A stretch of 63,947 nt of DNA, filler included, from 6 parts of 6 records of this genome joined end to end with filler, not necessarily neighbours in it, one strand, 5' to 3'. Positions 1 to 8,778 are shown, counted from the whole stretch's first letter. Translations and numbers: made by a program. The notes: a model not told the origin generated them from the letters alone.

Positions 1-1250
1 CACGCCACGATCTCCGCCGTCTCGACGACCGCGTGGAACAGCACATCCGTCCCCGCCCGCGCCCAGTCCTTGCTGATCTCCTCGGCCTCGTTGTGCGACA
101 GCCCGTCGACGCAGGGACACATGACCATGGCGGTGGGCGTCTTCTGGTTGATCCAGCAGGCGTCGTGGCCCGCGCCCGCGATGATGTTCATGTGGCTCAG
201 GCCCAGCCGCTCGGCGGCGCTGCGCACGGCGGTGACGCAGCCCTCGTCGAAGGTCACCGGGTCGAAGCCGCCGACCTTCTCGAAGTCCACGGACAGCTCC
301 ATCCGGTCGCAGATCGCCTGCGCCTCTGTCTTCATGCGCGCCTCCATCGCCTCCAGCACCGAAAGGTCCGGAGAGCGGAAATCGACGGTGAAGACCACCT
401 TGCCGGGGATCACGTTGCGCGAGTTGGGGTAGACGTCGATGTGGCCCGCCGCCCCCAGCGCGTGGGGCGCGTTGTCGAGCGCGATGGCGTCCACCGCCTC
501 GAGGATGCGCGCCATGGCGAGGCCGGCGTTGCGGCGCATGTGCATCGGCGTGGAGCCGGTATGCGCGTCCTTGCCGGTCACCGTCACCTGCGTCCACGAC
601 AGGCCCTGCCCATGGGTGACGACGCCGATGTCCTTGCCCTCGGCCTCGAGAATGGGGCCCTGCTCGATGTGCAACTCGAAGAAGGCGTGCATCTTGCGGG
701 CGCCGACCTCTTCGTCGCCCTTCCAGCCGATGCGCTCCAGTTCCGCGCCGAAGGTCTTGCCCGCCGCGTCCTGCCGCGCATAGGCCCAGTCCTGCGTGTG
801 GATGCCCGCGAAGACGCCAGAGGCCAGCATCGGCGGGGCGAAGCGCGTGCCTTCCTCGTTGGTCCAGTTCGAGACCACGATCGGGTGTTTCGTCCGGATG
901 TTCAGGTCGTTGAGGGTGCGGATGATCTCCAGCCCGGCCAGCACGCCCAGCACGCCGTCGTACTTCCCGCCGGTGGGCTGCGTGTCGAGGTGGCTGCCCA
1001 CGTAGACCGGCAGGGCGTCCGGGTCGGTGCCCTCGCGGCGGGCGAACATGTTGCCCATCTGGTCGAGGCCCATGGTCATGCCCGCCTCTTCGCACCAGCG
1101 CTGGAACAGCGCGCGGCCCTCGGCATCCTCGTCGGTCAGCGCCTGACGGTTGTTGCCGCCCGCGACGCCGGGGCCGATCTTTGCCATCTCCATCAGGCTG
1201 TCCCAGAGCCGGTCGCCGTCGATCTTCAGGTTCGCTGCCGGAGCGGTCAT
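1..1250 (-). CDS. Zn-dependent amidohydrolase, M20 family (beta-ureidopropionase/N-carbamoyl-L-amino acid hydrolase); only the last base of the stop codon appears to be cut off by the window edge
   Basis: Manual translation from ATG at 1250: MTAPAANLKIDGDRLWDSLMEMAKIG...GSHLDTQPTGGKYDGVLGV...NEEG...ELHIEQGP...GAGHDA...SHNEAE. Absent from the ORF track because the stop is incomplete. Divergent from a RutR-like regulator. Confidence 0.93.
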   Translation of the reverse strand, partial: MTAPAANLKIDGDRLWDSLMEMAKIGPGVAGGNNRQALTDEDAEGRALFQRWCEEAGMTMGLDQMGNMFARREGTDPDALPVYVGSHLDTQPTGGKYDGVLGVLAGLEIIRTLNDLNIRTKHPIVVSNWTNEEGTRFAPPMLASGVFAGIHTQDWAYARQDAAGKTFGAELERIGWKGDEEVGARKMHAFFELHIEQGPILEAEGKDIGVVTHGQGLSWTQVTVTGKDAHTGSTPMHMRRNAGLAMARILEAVDAIALDNAPHALGAAGHIDVYPNSRNVIPGKVVFTVDFRSPDLSVLEAMEARMKTEAQAICDRMELSVDFEKVGGFDPVTFDEGCVTAVRSAAERLGLSHMNIIAGAGHDACWINQKTPTAMVMCPCVDGLSHNEAEEISKDWARAGTDVLFHAVVETAEIVA

Positions 1251-1292
1251 GTCTTTCCCCGTCTGTCCCGGCCCGTCTGACGCGGGCCTGTT

Positions 1293-1318
1293 TCGATTTG
1301 ACCAATCGGTCAAATCGA
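1293..1318. promoter_or_regulatory. RutR/PydR-type operator
   Basis: TTGACCAATCGGTCAA (1298-1313) matches TTGACCAnnTGGTCAA with one mismatch. It lies inside the palindrome TCGATTTGACC-aatc-GGTCAAATCGA between the hydrolase and the regulator. Confidence 0.85.
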
Positions 1319-1401
1319 CGCTACCAAAGGGGGGCTGTCAGTCAAGCGACATGCCACAGGAATTGGCATCTGCGCGAAAATAGGGCGGAACGGGCGGGAC
1401 C

Positions 1402-2028
1402 ATGGTGGAAAATTCGGCACCTCGTGCCTCGGCCGCGCCTCGGACGCGGATCCAGCGCAAGAAGCGCGAAGCCATTCTGGAGGCCGGTCTGACGGTCTTT
1501 TCCGAGGCCGGCTTTCGCGGCGCGACCCTCGACCGGATCGCGTCGGAGGCGGGGCTGTCGAAGCCCAACCTGCTCTATTACTTCCCCTCGAAAGAGGCGA
1601 TCTACGAGGCGCTCCTGCACGACCTGCTGGAGACATGGCTCGACCCGTTGAAGGCGCTCGACCCCGGCGGAGAGCCGGTGGACGAGATCCTCGCCTATGT
1701 GCGCCGCAAGCTGGAGATGGCCCGGGATTTCCCGCGCGAGAGCCGTCTGTTCGCCAACGAGATCATCCAGGGCGCGCCGCAGGTGCTTGGCGTGCTCGAG
1801 GGCGAGCTGCGCGAGATGGTGGAGCAGACCGCCGCGGTGATCGAGGGCTGGGTGGCCGAAGGGCGGCTGGCCGAGGTCGATGCCCGCCACCTGATCTTCT
1901 CGATCTGGGCGCAGACCCAGCATTACGCGGATTTCGACGTGCAGGTGCGGGCGGTTCTGGGGCGGCAGGACTTCGAGGGCGCGGCCCGCCATCTGGAAAC
2001 GCTCTTCGGGCGGCTGCTGCGGGTCTGA
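1402..2028 (+). CDS. rutR: TetR-family pyrimidine utilisation regulator (RutR/PydR-like)
   Basis: HTH GFRGATLDRIASEAGLSKPNLLYYFPSKE plus RutR C-terminal motifs ESRLFANEIIQGAP and IWAQTQHYADF. Confidence 0.88.
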   Translation: MVENSAPRASAAPRTRIQRKKREAILEAGLTVFSEAGFRGATLDRIASEAGLSKPNLLYYFPSKEAIYEALLHDLLETWLDPLKALDPGGEPVDEILAYVRRKLEMARDFPRESRLFANEIIQGAPQVLGVLEGELREMVEQTAAVIEGWVAEGRLAEVDARHLIFSIWAQTQHYADFDVQVRAVLGRQDFEGAARHLETLFGRLLRV

Positions 2029-2099
2029 CGGCCGGGACGGCGGGGCCTTGGTCGAGGGAATTTAAGGCTTCGTTCACCTTGACCGCGCAAGGATGGGCC

Positions 2100-2336
2100 A
2101 TGCACCCGATCCGCCTGTCCCATCACCCTACCAACGAGCCATGGCTGGCGCAGATCTTCGACGCGAAGGCGGCGCGGAGCGGTGGGCTCGTCCGCCGCGC
2201 CGTGCGCGATGTCGAGCGCGAGATCGGCCGCGACCGCCTGAAATCCGAGGTCGCGGCGCGCGGGTTCCACATGATCGAATGCGGCGGGCAGTTCGTCATC
2301 ATCTGCAGCGCCTCGGACCTCGTGGTCCATGTCTGA
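2100..2336 (+). CDS. Small conserved Rhodobacteraceae protein of unknown function (78 aa)
   Basis: MHPIRLSHH...WLAQIFDAKAARSGGLVRRAVRDVEREIGR...GFHMIECGGQFVIICS resembles a roseobacter family often labelled phosphoribosylanthranilate isomerase, but it is far too short for TrpF. Confidence 0.75.
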   Translation: MHPIRLSHHPTNEPWLAQIFDAKAARSGGLVRRAVRDVEREIGRDRLKSEVAARGFHMIECGGQFVIICSASDLVVHV

Positions 2337-2351
2337 ACGCGCGGCGCCCGT

Positions 2352-2406
2352 GCAGGCTTTTCGCCGAAAAGCCTGCGGGGCAAGAGTTCTCGGCGAGAAC
2401 TCTTGC
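2352..2406. repeat. Doublet of perfect palindromes (REP-like or terminator)
   Basis: GCAGGCTTTTC-gcc-GAAAAGCCTGC (2352-2376) and GCAAGAGTTCTC-ggc-GAGAACTCTTGC (2380-2406) between convergent genes. Confidence 0.75.
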
Positions 2407-2418
2407 GGGCGGCGGCCC

Positions 2419-3057
2419 TCAGGCGCCGGGGACGAGCACCAGCTGCACCCGCCGGTTCTGGGCAGAGGCCGGGTCGAGGCTGTTCTTGAGCCGCGAGAAG
2501 CCCACGCCCACCGCTTCGATGCGGGAGGTGGACAGGTCCATCGTCGACTGCACGTAGCGCGCCACCGCCTGCGCGCGCCGCTGCGACAGGGCGGTGTTGT
2601 AGGCCGCGCTGCCCACCGCGTCGGTGTGGCCGATGAACAGCAGCTGGCTGCCCGCGAGGCGCGGGTCGCCGAGGGCCGTGGCGAGGGTCGAGAGCTTGGA
2701 CATCGCCTCGGGCGTCAGCTGGTCCGAGTTGTAGGCGAAGAGCACCTCGAGGTCGATCGAGGGCAGCGGCGCCGGAGAGGGGCTGGTCGCCGCGATGCGC
2801 TGCTGCTGCGAGCGGTCGATGACGCCGAGGTTGTAGACATCGTCCAGCGTGAAATCCGCGGTATTGCCGAATTCCGCACTGGCGCAGCCCGAGGGGTCGA
2901 GCAGGCAGTCGCGCATCTCGGTGTCGGGCTTGGCCTGCGGCGCGGCGGGCGCGTCGGTCAGATCGTCGAGCGAGAAATCGTCGAGCGCGACCGTCGACTG
3001 GGCGAGGGCGGCACAGGGCAGGGTCAGGGCGGCGAGGATCACAAGGGCTTTGGGCAT
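2419..3057 (-). CDS. Exported OmpA C-terminal (peptidoglycan-binding) domain protein
   Basis: Signal peptide MPKALVILAALTLPCAALA; motifs FAYNSDQL, GHTDAVGSAAYNTALSQRRAQAV, NRRVQ. Confidence 0.9.
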   Translation of the reverse strand: MPKALVILAALTLPCAALAQSTVALDDFSLDDLTDAPAAPQAKPDTEMRDCLLDPSGCASAEFGNTADFTLDDVYNLGVIDRSQQQRIAATSPSPAPLPSIDLEVLFAYNSDQLTPEAMSKLSTLATALGDPRLAGSQLLFIGHTDAVGSAAYNTALSQRRAQAVARYVQSTMDLSTSRIEAVGVGFSRLKNSLDPASAQNRRVQLVLVPGA

Positions 3058-3189
3058 GGCGGGCTCCCGGGGGCTGCGTGGCTGCATGATGCCGCATTTG
3101 ACCGGGCGCGGTCCAGTGGGGGATTTCCCCCGTTTCCTGCGGCGAAAACCTGATAGGGTGCCGCGGAAAGCCGCCGTCGGAGGATCGTC

Positions 3190-4371
3190 ATGCGCCTGTT
3201 GCCCGTTCTTGCCTGCCTTGCCCTCGGCTCGGGGGCGCTCGTCCCGGGGGTCATGGCCGATCCGCAGGCGGGGATCGACAACGAGGTGGCGATCGAGGGC
3301 TACAACAACGAACCGATCTCGACCTATGCGGCGGAGGCGGATTTCGTGAAGCTGGGGCGCGGGGTGGGCCTGTTGCGGATCGAGACCGACGGCGGCACCT
3401 TTCCCTGCACGGCCTTCCTTGTTTCCGAGAGCCACCTGCTGACGAACAACCATTGCGTCCCCGGCGTGCTGGAGCATCCGGACGTGCAGGCGACGCGGAT
3501 CCTGTCGGTCACATGGATGGCGGGCTACACCCATCCCGGGCTGATCGAGGAGGCGGAGGGGTTTGCCGTCGACGTCGCGCCGGTCGAGACGTCGAAGGAG
3601 CTGGATTACACCGTGCTCTCGGTGCGCGGCGATCCGGCGGCGCGCTACCCGGTGCTGCCTCTGACCGCGGCGGAGGCCAAGGAGGGCATGCCCTACTGGA
3701 TCATCGGCCACCCCAAGGGGGAATCGCAGCGCATCAGCCGCGAGGGCTGCCGCGCCGCGCGTCCGCCGCAGGAGGGCAACCGCCTGCGGCACACCTGCGA
3801 CACACTGGGCGGCAACTCCGGCTCGCCGATCTTCGACAGTTCCGCCCGGCAGGTGATCGGTCTGCACAATGCGGGCAACGACCGGCTGGGGGTCAACTTC
3901 GGCGTGCCTATGGCGATGATCCTCGCGCAGTCGAAGGTGCTGAAGGCGGCGAGCCCCGCCGCGCCGAAGCCGCTGCCGCTCGTGATGTCGCTCTACCCCG
4001 AGGCGCTGGGCGTCGGCGAGGAACTATCTGTCGCCGCCGATGTGCCTGCGGGTTGCACGCCGCTGTTCTACAACGTGACGCCGGGCGGGCGGATCGTGCC
4101 GCTGCCGACGGAGATCTTCCAGCAGGTGGTGCTGAGCGACCTGCAGGTGCGCTTCCAGACTTCGCCCGCGGCGCAATACGGGCTGGTGGTGCTGGAAGAG
4201 GATGAGAAGGGCGTCCACAAGCTGGGCTTCGCCTGCGGGCCGGAGGATCGCGACGTGCGGGCCTGGCTGCGTCCGGTGATGGAGCGCGTGATGGCGGGCA
4301 CGATGGTCGGAGAGGTCCCGGTGGAGGGCGGAGCCGCCAGCTTTGCCTTCCGGGACTACACCGTGCGCTGA
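3190..4371 (+). CDS. Exported trypsin-like serine protease with a C-terminal DUF4384-like domain
   Basis: Signal peptide; catalytic triad contexts LTNNHC, LDY and GGNSGSP; C-terminal beta-rich domain (call tentative). Confidence 0.85.
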   Translation: MRLLPVLACLALGSGALVPGVMADPQAGIDNEVAIEGYNNEPISTYAAEADFVKLGRGVGLLRIETDGGTFPCTAFLVSESHLLTNNHCVPGVLEHPDVQATRILSVTWMAGYTHPGLIEEAEGFAVDVAPVETSKELDYTVLSVRGDPAARYPVLPLTAAEAKEGMPYWIIGHPKGESQRISREGCRAARPPQEGNRLRHTCDTLGGNSGSPIFDSSARQVIGLHNAGNDRLGVNFGVPMAMILAQSKVLKAASPAAPKPLPLVMSLYPEALGVGEELSVAADVPAGCTPLFYNVTPGGRIVPLPTEIFQQVVLSDLQVRFQTSPAAQYGLVVLEEDEKGVHKLGFACGPEDRDVRAWLRPVMERVMAGTMVGEVPVEGGAASFAFRDYTVR

Positions 4372-4389
4372 GGGGCCGCTGCGGGTTCG

Positions 4390-4443
4390 CGGGCTGGGCG
4401 GGGCTGACGGGCTGGGCGGGGCCGTCGGGCTGGGCGGGGACTT
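4390..4443. repeat. Three 18-bp tandem G-rich repeats
   Basis: CGGGCTGGGCGGGG-ctga / -ccgt / -actt. Confidence 0.75.
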
Positions 4444-4550
4444 CGGGCGCGGTGGTCGTCGGGCCGGTTGGTTGCCCGGTGATGGGCCTTGCTGCGGGAC
4501 CGGCGGAGAGCGTGGGTCCCATGCACGCAGTTCGCTGGAGCCGGGACATG

Positions 4551-4578
4551 AAAAAAGGCGGTCTCCGGAGAGACCGCC
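4551..4578 (-). terminator. Intrinsic terminator of the DUF883 gene
   Basis: Minus strand GGCGGTCTC-tccg-GAGACCGCC followed by TTTTTT. Confidence 0.8.
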
Positions 4579-4611
4579 CAAGTGTGCCTTGAACGATGAG
4601 GGTGCGGGGGC

Positions 4612-4929
4612 TTAGCGCCGACGGCTGAGGAACAGGCCGAGCAGGACGCCGCCACCGACGGCGCCGGCGATGGCCAGCCCCGGGTTGCGGCGGATGCCGG
4701 ATTCCACGTCGTCGCGCAGCGCCATGGCCTTGCTGGAGCCTTGGTCGTAGCTGTCGCGGGCCACCGCCTGAGCGCGGCGGGTGGCGTCACGCAGGCGTTC
4801 CTCGGCCTCGGCGGCGCCTTGGCGGACGGCTTCCTGCGCCTCTGCCGCCGCGTCCTGAAGTTGCTTCTTCACCGCTTGGAAGTCGGCGGAACGGTCGATG
4901 CCGTTGCGTTTCGAACTGGTCAGTCCCAT
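4612..4929 (-). CDS. DUF883 / ElaB-YqjD family tail-anchored protein
   Basis: Helical body ending IRRNPGLAIAGAVGGGVLLGLFLSRRR; AGGAGA RBS upstream of ATG 4929. Confidence 0.85.
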   Translation of the reverse strand: MGLTSSKRNGIDRSADFQAVKKQLQDAAAEAQEAVRQGAAEAEERLRDATRRAQAVARDSYDQGSSKAMALRDDVESGIRRNPGLAIAGAVGGGVLLGLFLSRRR

Positions 4930-4962
4930 GATCTTTCTCCTTCGAGAATGCTTCACCCGGCC

Positions 4963-4987
4963 AACGCGCCACGGTTGCGAGGGTTCC
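4963..4987 (-). promoter_or_regulatory. EcfG-type promoter for the DUF883 gene
   Basis: GGAAC-N16-CGTT on the minus strand. Confidence 0.85.
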
Positions 4988-5021
4988 GTGCGGCTGCGGC
5001 AATATCTTCTCGACGCGCGGC

Positions 5022-5047
5022 GGAACGACGGGGGCGGGCCGGCCGTT
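5022..5047 (+). promoter_or_regulatory. EcfG-type promoter for the DUF1328 gene
   Basis: GGAAC-N17-CGTT. Confidence 0.85.
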
Positions 5048-5086
5048 CATCCTTCAACAGCAAGCCTTAGTGGAAAGGAGTTCGCG

Positions 5087-5314
5087 ATGCCCTTCTGGCC
5101 ATCGATCCTTCTGGCGCTTGCAGCGGTAACCGGAGTGTTCGGCTTCGGGGGCGTCGATGACGCATCAGCGCCCGTGGCCCGGGTCCTGTGCCTGATCTTC
5201 CTTGCGCTTCTGGCGCTGTCGATCCTGGCACGGCAATTGGGCGACGGGGACCGATCCCGCCGCAGCCGACACGAGTTGAACCGGTCGAACCGTTCGCCGG
5301 AACGATCGCAATGA
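5087..5314 (+). CDS. DUF1328 (YtjA-like) small membrane protein
   Basis: WPSILLALAAVTGVFGFGGVDDASAPVARVLCLIFLALLALSIL; AAGGAG RBS. Confidence 0.8.
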   Translation: MPFWPSILLALAAVTGVFGFGGVDDASAPVARVLCLIFLALLALSILARQLGDGDRSRRSRHELNRSNRSPERSQ

Positions 5315-5326
5315 CGCAGAAAGACG

Positions 5327-5354
5327 AAAGGCCCGGGACGCACCCGGGCCTTTT
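5327..5354. terminator. Probable bidirectional intrinsic terminator
   Basis: AAAGGCCCGGG-acgca-CCCGGGCCTTTT between the convergent DUF1328 gene and phyR. Confidence 0.75.
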
Positions 5355-5392
5355 GCCGTTCCTATCGCTGTAAGGTGGGGCGATCCAAAGGA

Positions 5393-6202
5393 TCAGACCC
5401 GCAGCGTTTCCGTGGAGGAGAAGAACATTGCCTGGCTGACCGCAGAGCGGACCTGCTCGACGGTGTAGGGCTTGGGGATCAGGAAGGCCGGCTCGGGGCC
5501 TTCGCCGGTCAGCAGCCGCTCGGGGAAGGCGGTGATGAAGATCACCGGGATCTCGGGCGAGGACTTGAGGATGTCGTTGACCGCGTCGATGCCGCTGGAA
5601 TTGTCGGCCAGCTGGATGTCCGAGAGGATGAGGTTCGGCTTCTCGCGCTCGAACAGGTCGCGCGCGGCGCTGGCGGTGCGGGCGACGCCGGTCACGCGGT
5701 GGCCCATCTCGGACACGGTGCTTTCCAGATCGAGCGCGATGATCGCCTCGTCCTCGATGATCATGACCGACCCGGAGAGCGATTTCGCCATCTCGGAATA
5801 GGCGATGTCGACGAGGTTCGACACTTCGTCTTCGGAGGTGTCGAGGATGGTGGCGACGTCGCTCATGGGGATTTCCTCGATGGTGTGCAGCAGCAGCGCT
5901 TCGCGGGTGCCGCTGGTGAGGCCGGCGAGGTGTTTCTGGACATGCACGCGCAGCCCGTCTTCTTCGGATTCCATGGAGCCGCCCGAGGTCGACCAGATGG
6001 TGTGGAAGACCTTGAAGAGCGCGACCTTCGCCGGCACGTTGCGGTCGAAGGCGGAGGGATCGGTGAGGATCGCCTCGAGCGTGGCCGCCGCGTAGCCGTC
6101 TCCGCGGGCCTGCGACCCGGTCAGAGCCCGCGCATAGCGCCTCAGATAGGGCAATTGGGCGCCGATCTGCTCTGTCAGGGTGCCGGTTGAGGCTTCGGTC
6201 AT
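5393..6202 (-). CDS. phyR: Anti-anti-sigma response regulator PhyR
   Basis: N-terminal sigma-like domain LPYLRRYARALTGSQ; C-terminal receiver IIEDE...DIQLAD..SGIDAV...FITAFPERLLTGEGPEPAFLIPKP. Confidence 0.96.
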   Translation of the reverse strand: MTEASTGTLTEQIGAQLPYLRRYARALTGSQARGDGYAAATLEAILTDPSAFDRNVPAKVALFKVFHTIWSTSGGSMESEEDGLRVHVQKHLAGLTSGTREALLLHTIEEIPMSDVATILDTSEDEVSNLVDIAYSEMAKSLSGSVMIIEDEAIIALDLESTVSEMGHRVTGVARTASAARDLFEREKPNLILSDIQLADNSSGIDAVNDILKSSPEIPVIFITAFPERLLTGEGPEPAFLIPKPYTVEQVRSAVSQAMFFSSTETLRV

Positions 6203-6228
6203 TTTTTTCGTCCCATTTTTTCACTCTG

Positions 6229-6267
6229 TCAGGGAACCAACATGGATCTTCGGTGTTGGTTCCCTGA
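6229..6267. promoter_or_regulatory. Overlapping divergent EcfG promoters for phyR and nepR-ecfG
   Basis: 14-bp inverted repeat TCAGGGAACCAACA-N11-TGTTGGTTCCCTGA gives GGAAC-N16-TGTT on both strands (6233-6257 plus, 6239-6263 minus). Confidence 0.85.
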
Positions 6268-6304
6268 GAATGTGTAAAAAATCAACGCAGGCCACGTCAC
6301 CCGA

Positions 6305-6481
6305 ATGACCCAGACAAGAAAACATGCACGTCTACAGGACGAGATCGACGACAACCTTCGCCGCGCCTATGACGACGTGCTGAAAGAGGAGGTCCCCGAC
6401 CGCTTCACCGAGCTTCTCAACCAGCTGCGCGCTCATGATACTAGCGGTGCCGGCACAGGGAACAATGCTGATGGCAACTGA
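6305..6481 (+). CDS. nepR: Anti-sigma factor NepR (58 aa, not in the ORF track)
   Basis: Manual translation MTQTRKHARLQDEIDDNLRRAYDDVLKEEVPDRFTELLNQLRA...; overlaps the ecfG start. Confidence 0.93.
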   Translation: MTQTRKHARLQDEIDDNLRRAYDDVLKEEVPDRFTELLNQLRAHDTSGAGTGNNADGN

Positions 6482-7019
6482 TCCCCGTGACGAGATCGTC
6501 ACCCATCTGAACGCGATGCGCGCCTTCGCCATGAGCCTGACGCGGAATTCCGCGCTGGCCGACGACATGGTGCAGGACGCGGTCGTGAAGGCCTGGACCA
6601 AGATCGACACCTTCCAGCCCGGCACCAACATGCGGGCGTGGCTTTTTACCATTCTCCGGAACACCTATTACTCGCATCACCGCAAGGCACGCCGCGAGGT
6701 GTCGGACACCGACGGCGAGATGTCGGGGCAACTGGCCCAGAAGCCCGATCACGACGGGCGCCTGCAGATGCGGGACTTCCAGACGGCCTTCGCGACCCTC
6801 AGCGACGAACAGCGCGAGGCGCTGATCCTCGTGGGCGCGTCGGGGTTCTCTTACGAAGAAGCGGCGGAAACCTGCAACGTGGCGGTCGGAACGATCAAAA
6901 GCCGCGTAAACCGGGCACGGGCGCAACTGTCCAAGATCATGGGCCTCGAAGATGACAGGCTCGAGTTGACCGACAGTGTGACCGCGGGCATCGTGTCGGA
7001 CAACCAGAGCGCCGCTTAA
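6471..7019 (+). CDS. ecfG: General stress response ECF sigma factor EcfG (ECF15); alternative start at 6465
   Basis: MRAFAMSLT...ADDMVQD...FQPGTNMRAWLFTILRN...QREALILVGASGFSYEEAA...GTIKSRVNRAR; phyR-nepR synteny. Confidence 0.95.
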   Translation: MATDPRDEIVTHLNAMRAFAMSLTRNSALADDMVQDAVVKAWTKIDTFQPGTNMRAWLFTILRNTYYSHHRKARREVSDTDGEMSGQLAQKPDHDGRLQMRDFQTAFATLSDEQREALILVGASGFSYEEAAETCNVAVGTIKSRVNRARAQLSKIMGLEDDRLELTDSVTAGIVSDNQSAA

Positions 7020-7035
7020 CATAGGAGCGCGGTGG

Positions 7036-8778
7036 ATGAACCGTGTCTCGACCTTCGGGAAACGTATATCGACAAGGTTGGCGTTGCTCTTGACGCTGGC
7101 CTTGTTGCCGCTTGGGCTGATCTCGCTGTACCAGACACAGCAGGTCATTCAGGACGCGCAGGATGTGACCCGGGCCTCTCTGATGTCCGAAACGGTCGCC
7201 GCAAGCCATGCCGGGCGCGAACTGATCCAGCAGGCGCTGGGCGCGGCGCAGGGGCTGGGCGCGGCGGTTCTGTCCATGCCGGTCGAGGAATGCAGCGCGG
7301 TCATGCAGGACTTCGTCGCCTCGCATGACACCTTCAGCTTTGCCGGCCTCATCACGCCCGGCCTGCAGACCGACTGCAATTCGGCGGCGACGGCGACGGA
7401 TGTGTCGCAAAGCCCGACCATCCTTGCCGCCGTAGAGGCGAACCGGCCTTACGTGGATTTCACCATTCGCGGCACCTATTCCGGCGAGGCGGTCACCATC
7501 GCCGTGCACCCGATCATGCAGGATGGCGAGGTCGCGGGGCTGATCTCCATCTCGATCCCGCACCGCATCATCAGCGCGCTGATCGACGAGGCGGCGAACG
7601 TCGAGACGGTCCGGATCGCCACGATCAACTCCACCGGCGAGATCGTCGTCGCCAACGACACGGTCAAGGACGCTCAGGGGTTCCTGCCGCGCGACATCAC
7701 CAATCAGGGGCTGGCAGAGCTGACGGACGAGACCTTCGAGGCGGTCAGCGCCGATGGCGAACGGCGGCTTTACGCGGTCAGCTCGGTGCTGCCGCAGAGC
7801 GTCGTCATGGTCGGCAGCTGGCCCGCCGCCGAGGGCGCGGCGGTGATCGGCGGGTTGCAGTCGGGCCTCGCGCTGGTCTTTCCCATCGTCATGTGGATCG
7901 CGGGCATCGGCGTGGCCTATGTCGGGCTGCAACGGCTGGTGATCCGGCACGTCAGCGGGTTGCGTTCCGCCATGCGGCGGTTTGCGCTGGGCGACCGCTC
8001 GGTCGCGGCGTTGACGCTGGACGACCCGCCCGAGGAACTGGCCGAGGCCGCGCGGGCCTTCAGCCGGATGGCGCTCATCATCTCCGAGGCGGAGATCCGC
8101 CAGCAGAAGGATCTGCAGGACAAGGAAGTCCTGCTGAAAGAGGTCCATCACCGGGTGAAGAACAACCTTCAGCTGATCGTGTCGATCATGAACATGGAGA
8201 TGCGCAACGCGGAGACCCCCGAGGCGCGGCGGATGCTGCGCGGTCTGCAGCGCCGGGTGCGGGGTCTGGCGACGCTGCACCGCACGCTCTACGCCTCTCC
8301 GGACATGACCACCGTGGACGGCGGAGAGCTGGTGCGCGCGGTCGTCGAGGACGTGGCACAGGTGTCGCTGCCGCCCGAGGTGGACCTTGTCGTCGACGTC
8401 ATTCCGGCGGATCTCTATCCCGATCAGGCCGTGCCGCTGTCGATGCTCTCGGCCGAGGCGCTGACCAATGCGGTCAAATACGTCGGCTTCCCGGCGGATG
8501 GCAGCGCCCCCCGGATCGACGTCCTGCTCGAACGGCTGGACGACCACGAGGACCGGCTGCGTCTGCGCATCTCGAACACCAAGGGCGCGCAAGTCGTGGC
8601 CCCGGGCGAGGAGGGCAGCAATACCAGCGGTCTCGGCTCGCGGCTCATGAAGGCCTTCGTGATGCAGATCGAGGGCGAGGCCGTCGTCGAGGACAGCGCC
8701 GAGGCCTATGTCTATGACGTGGTCTTTTCGCGCCGCGAATTCGCCCGCGATGCAGAGCGGCGCCGCGCCGCAGCCTGA
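7036..8778 (+). CDS. Membrane sensor histidine kinase, HisKA_2 type, probable PhyR kinase
   Basis: Two TM segments around a periplasmic domain, HAMP-like linker, H-box EVHHRVKNNLQ, N-box EALTNAVKY, GLGSRL. Confidence 0.9.
   Translation: MNRVSTFGKRISTRLALLLTLALLPLGLISLYQTQQVIQDAQDVTRASLMSETVAASHAGRELIQQALGAAQGLGAAVLSMPVEECSAVMQDFVASHDTFSFAGLITPGLQTDCNSAATATDVSQSPTILAAVEANRPYVDFTIRGTYSGEAVTIAVHPIMQDGEVAGLISISIPHRIISALIDEAANVETVRIATINSTGEIVVANDTVKDAQGFLPRDITNQGLAELTDETFEAVSADGERRLYAVSSVLPQSVVMVGSWPAAEGAAVIGGLQSGLALVFPIVMWIAGIGVAYVGLQRLVIRHVSGLRSAMRRFALGDRSVAALTLDDPPEELAEAARAFSRMALIISEAEIRQQKDLQDKEVLLKEVHHRVKNNLQLIVSIMNMEMRNAETPEARRMLRGLQRRVRGLATLHRTLYASPDMTTVDGGELVRAVVEDVAQVSLPPEVDLVVDVIPADLYPDQAVPLSMLSAEALTNAVKYVGFPADGSAPRIDVLLERLDDHEDRLRLRISNTKGAQVVAPGEEGSNTSGLGSRLMKAFVMQIEGEAVVEDSAEAYVYDVVFSRREFARDAERRRAAA

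Noticed and set aside
33-1280. 415-aa plus-strand ORF, and similar long antisense ORFs (for example 6937-8592, 11410-12378, 2419-3867 extension)
   Set aside because: Shadow frames of real genes in high-GC DNA with no family motifs; the opposite strand carries the recognisable protein.
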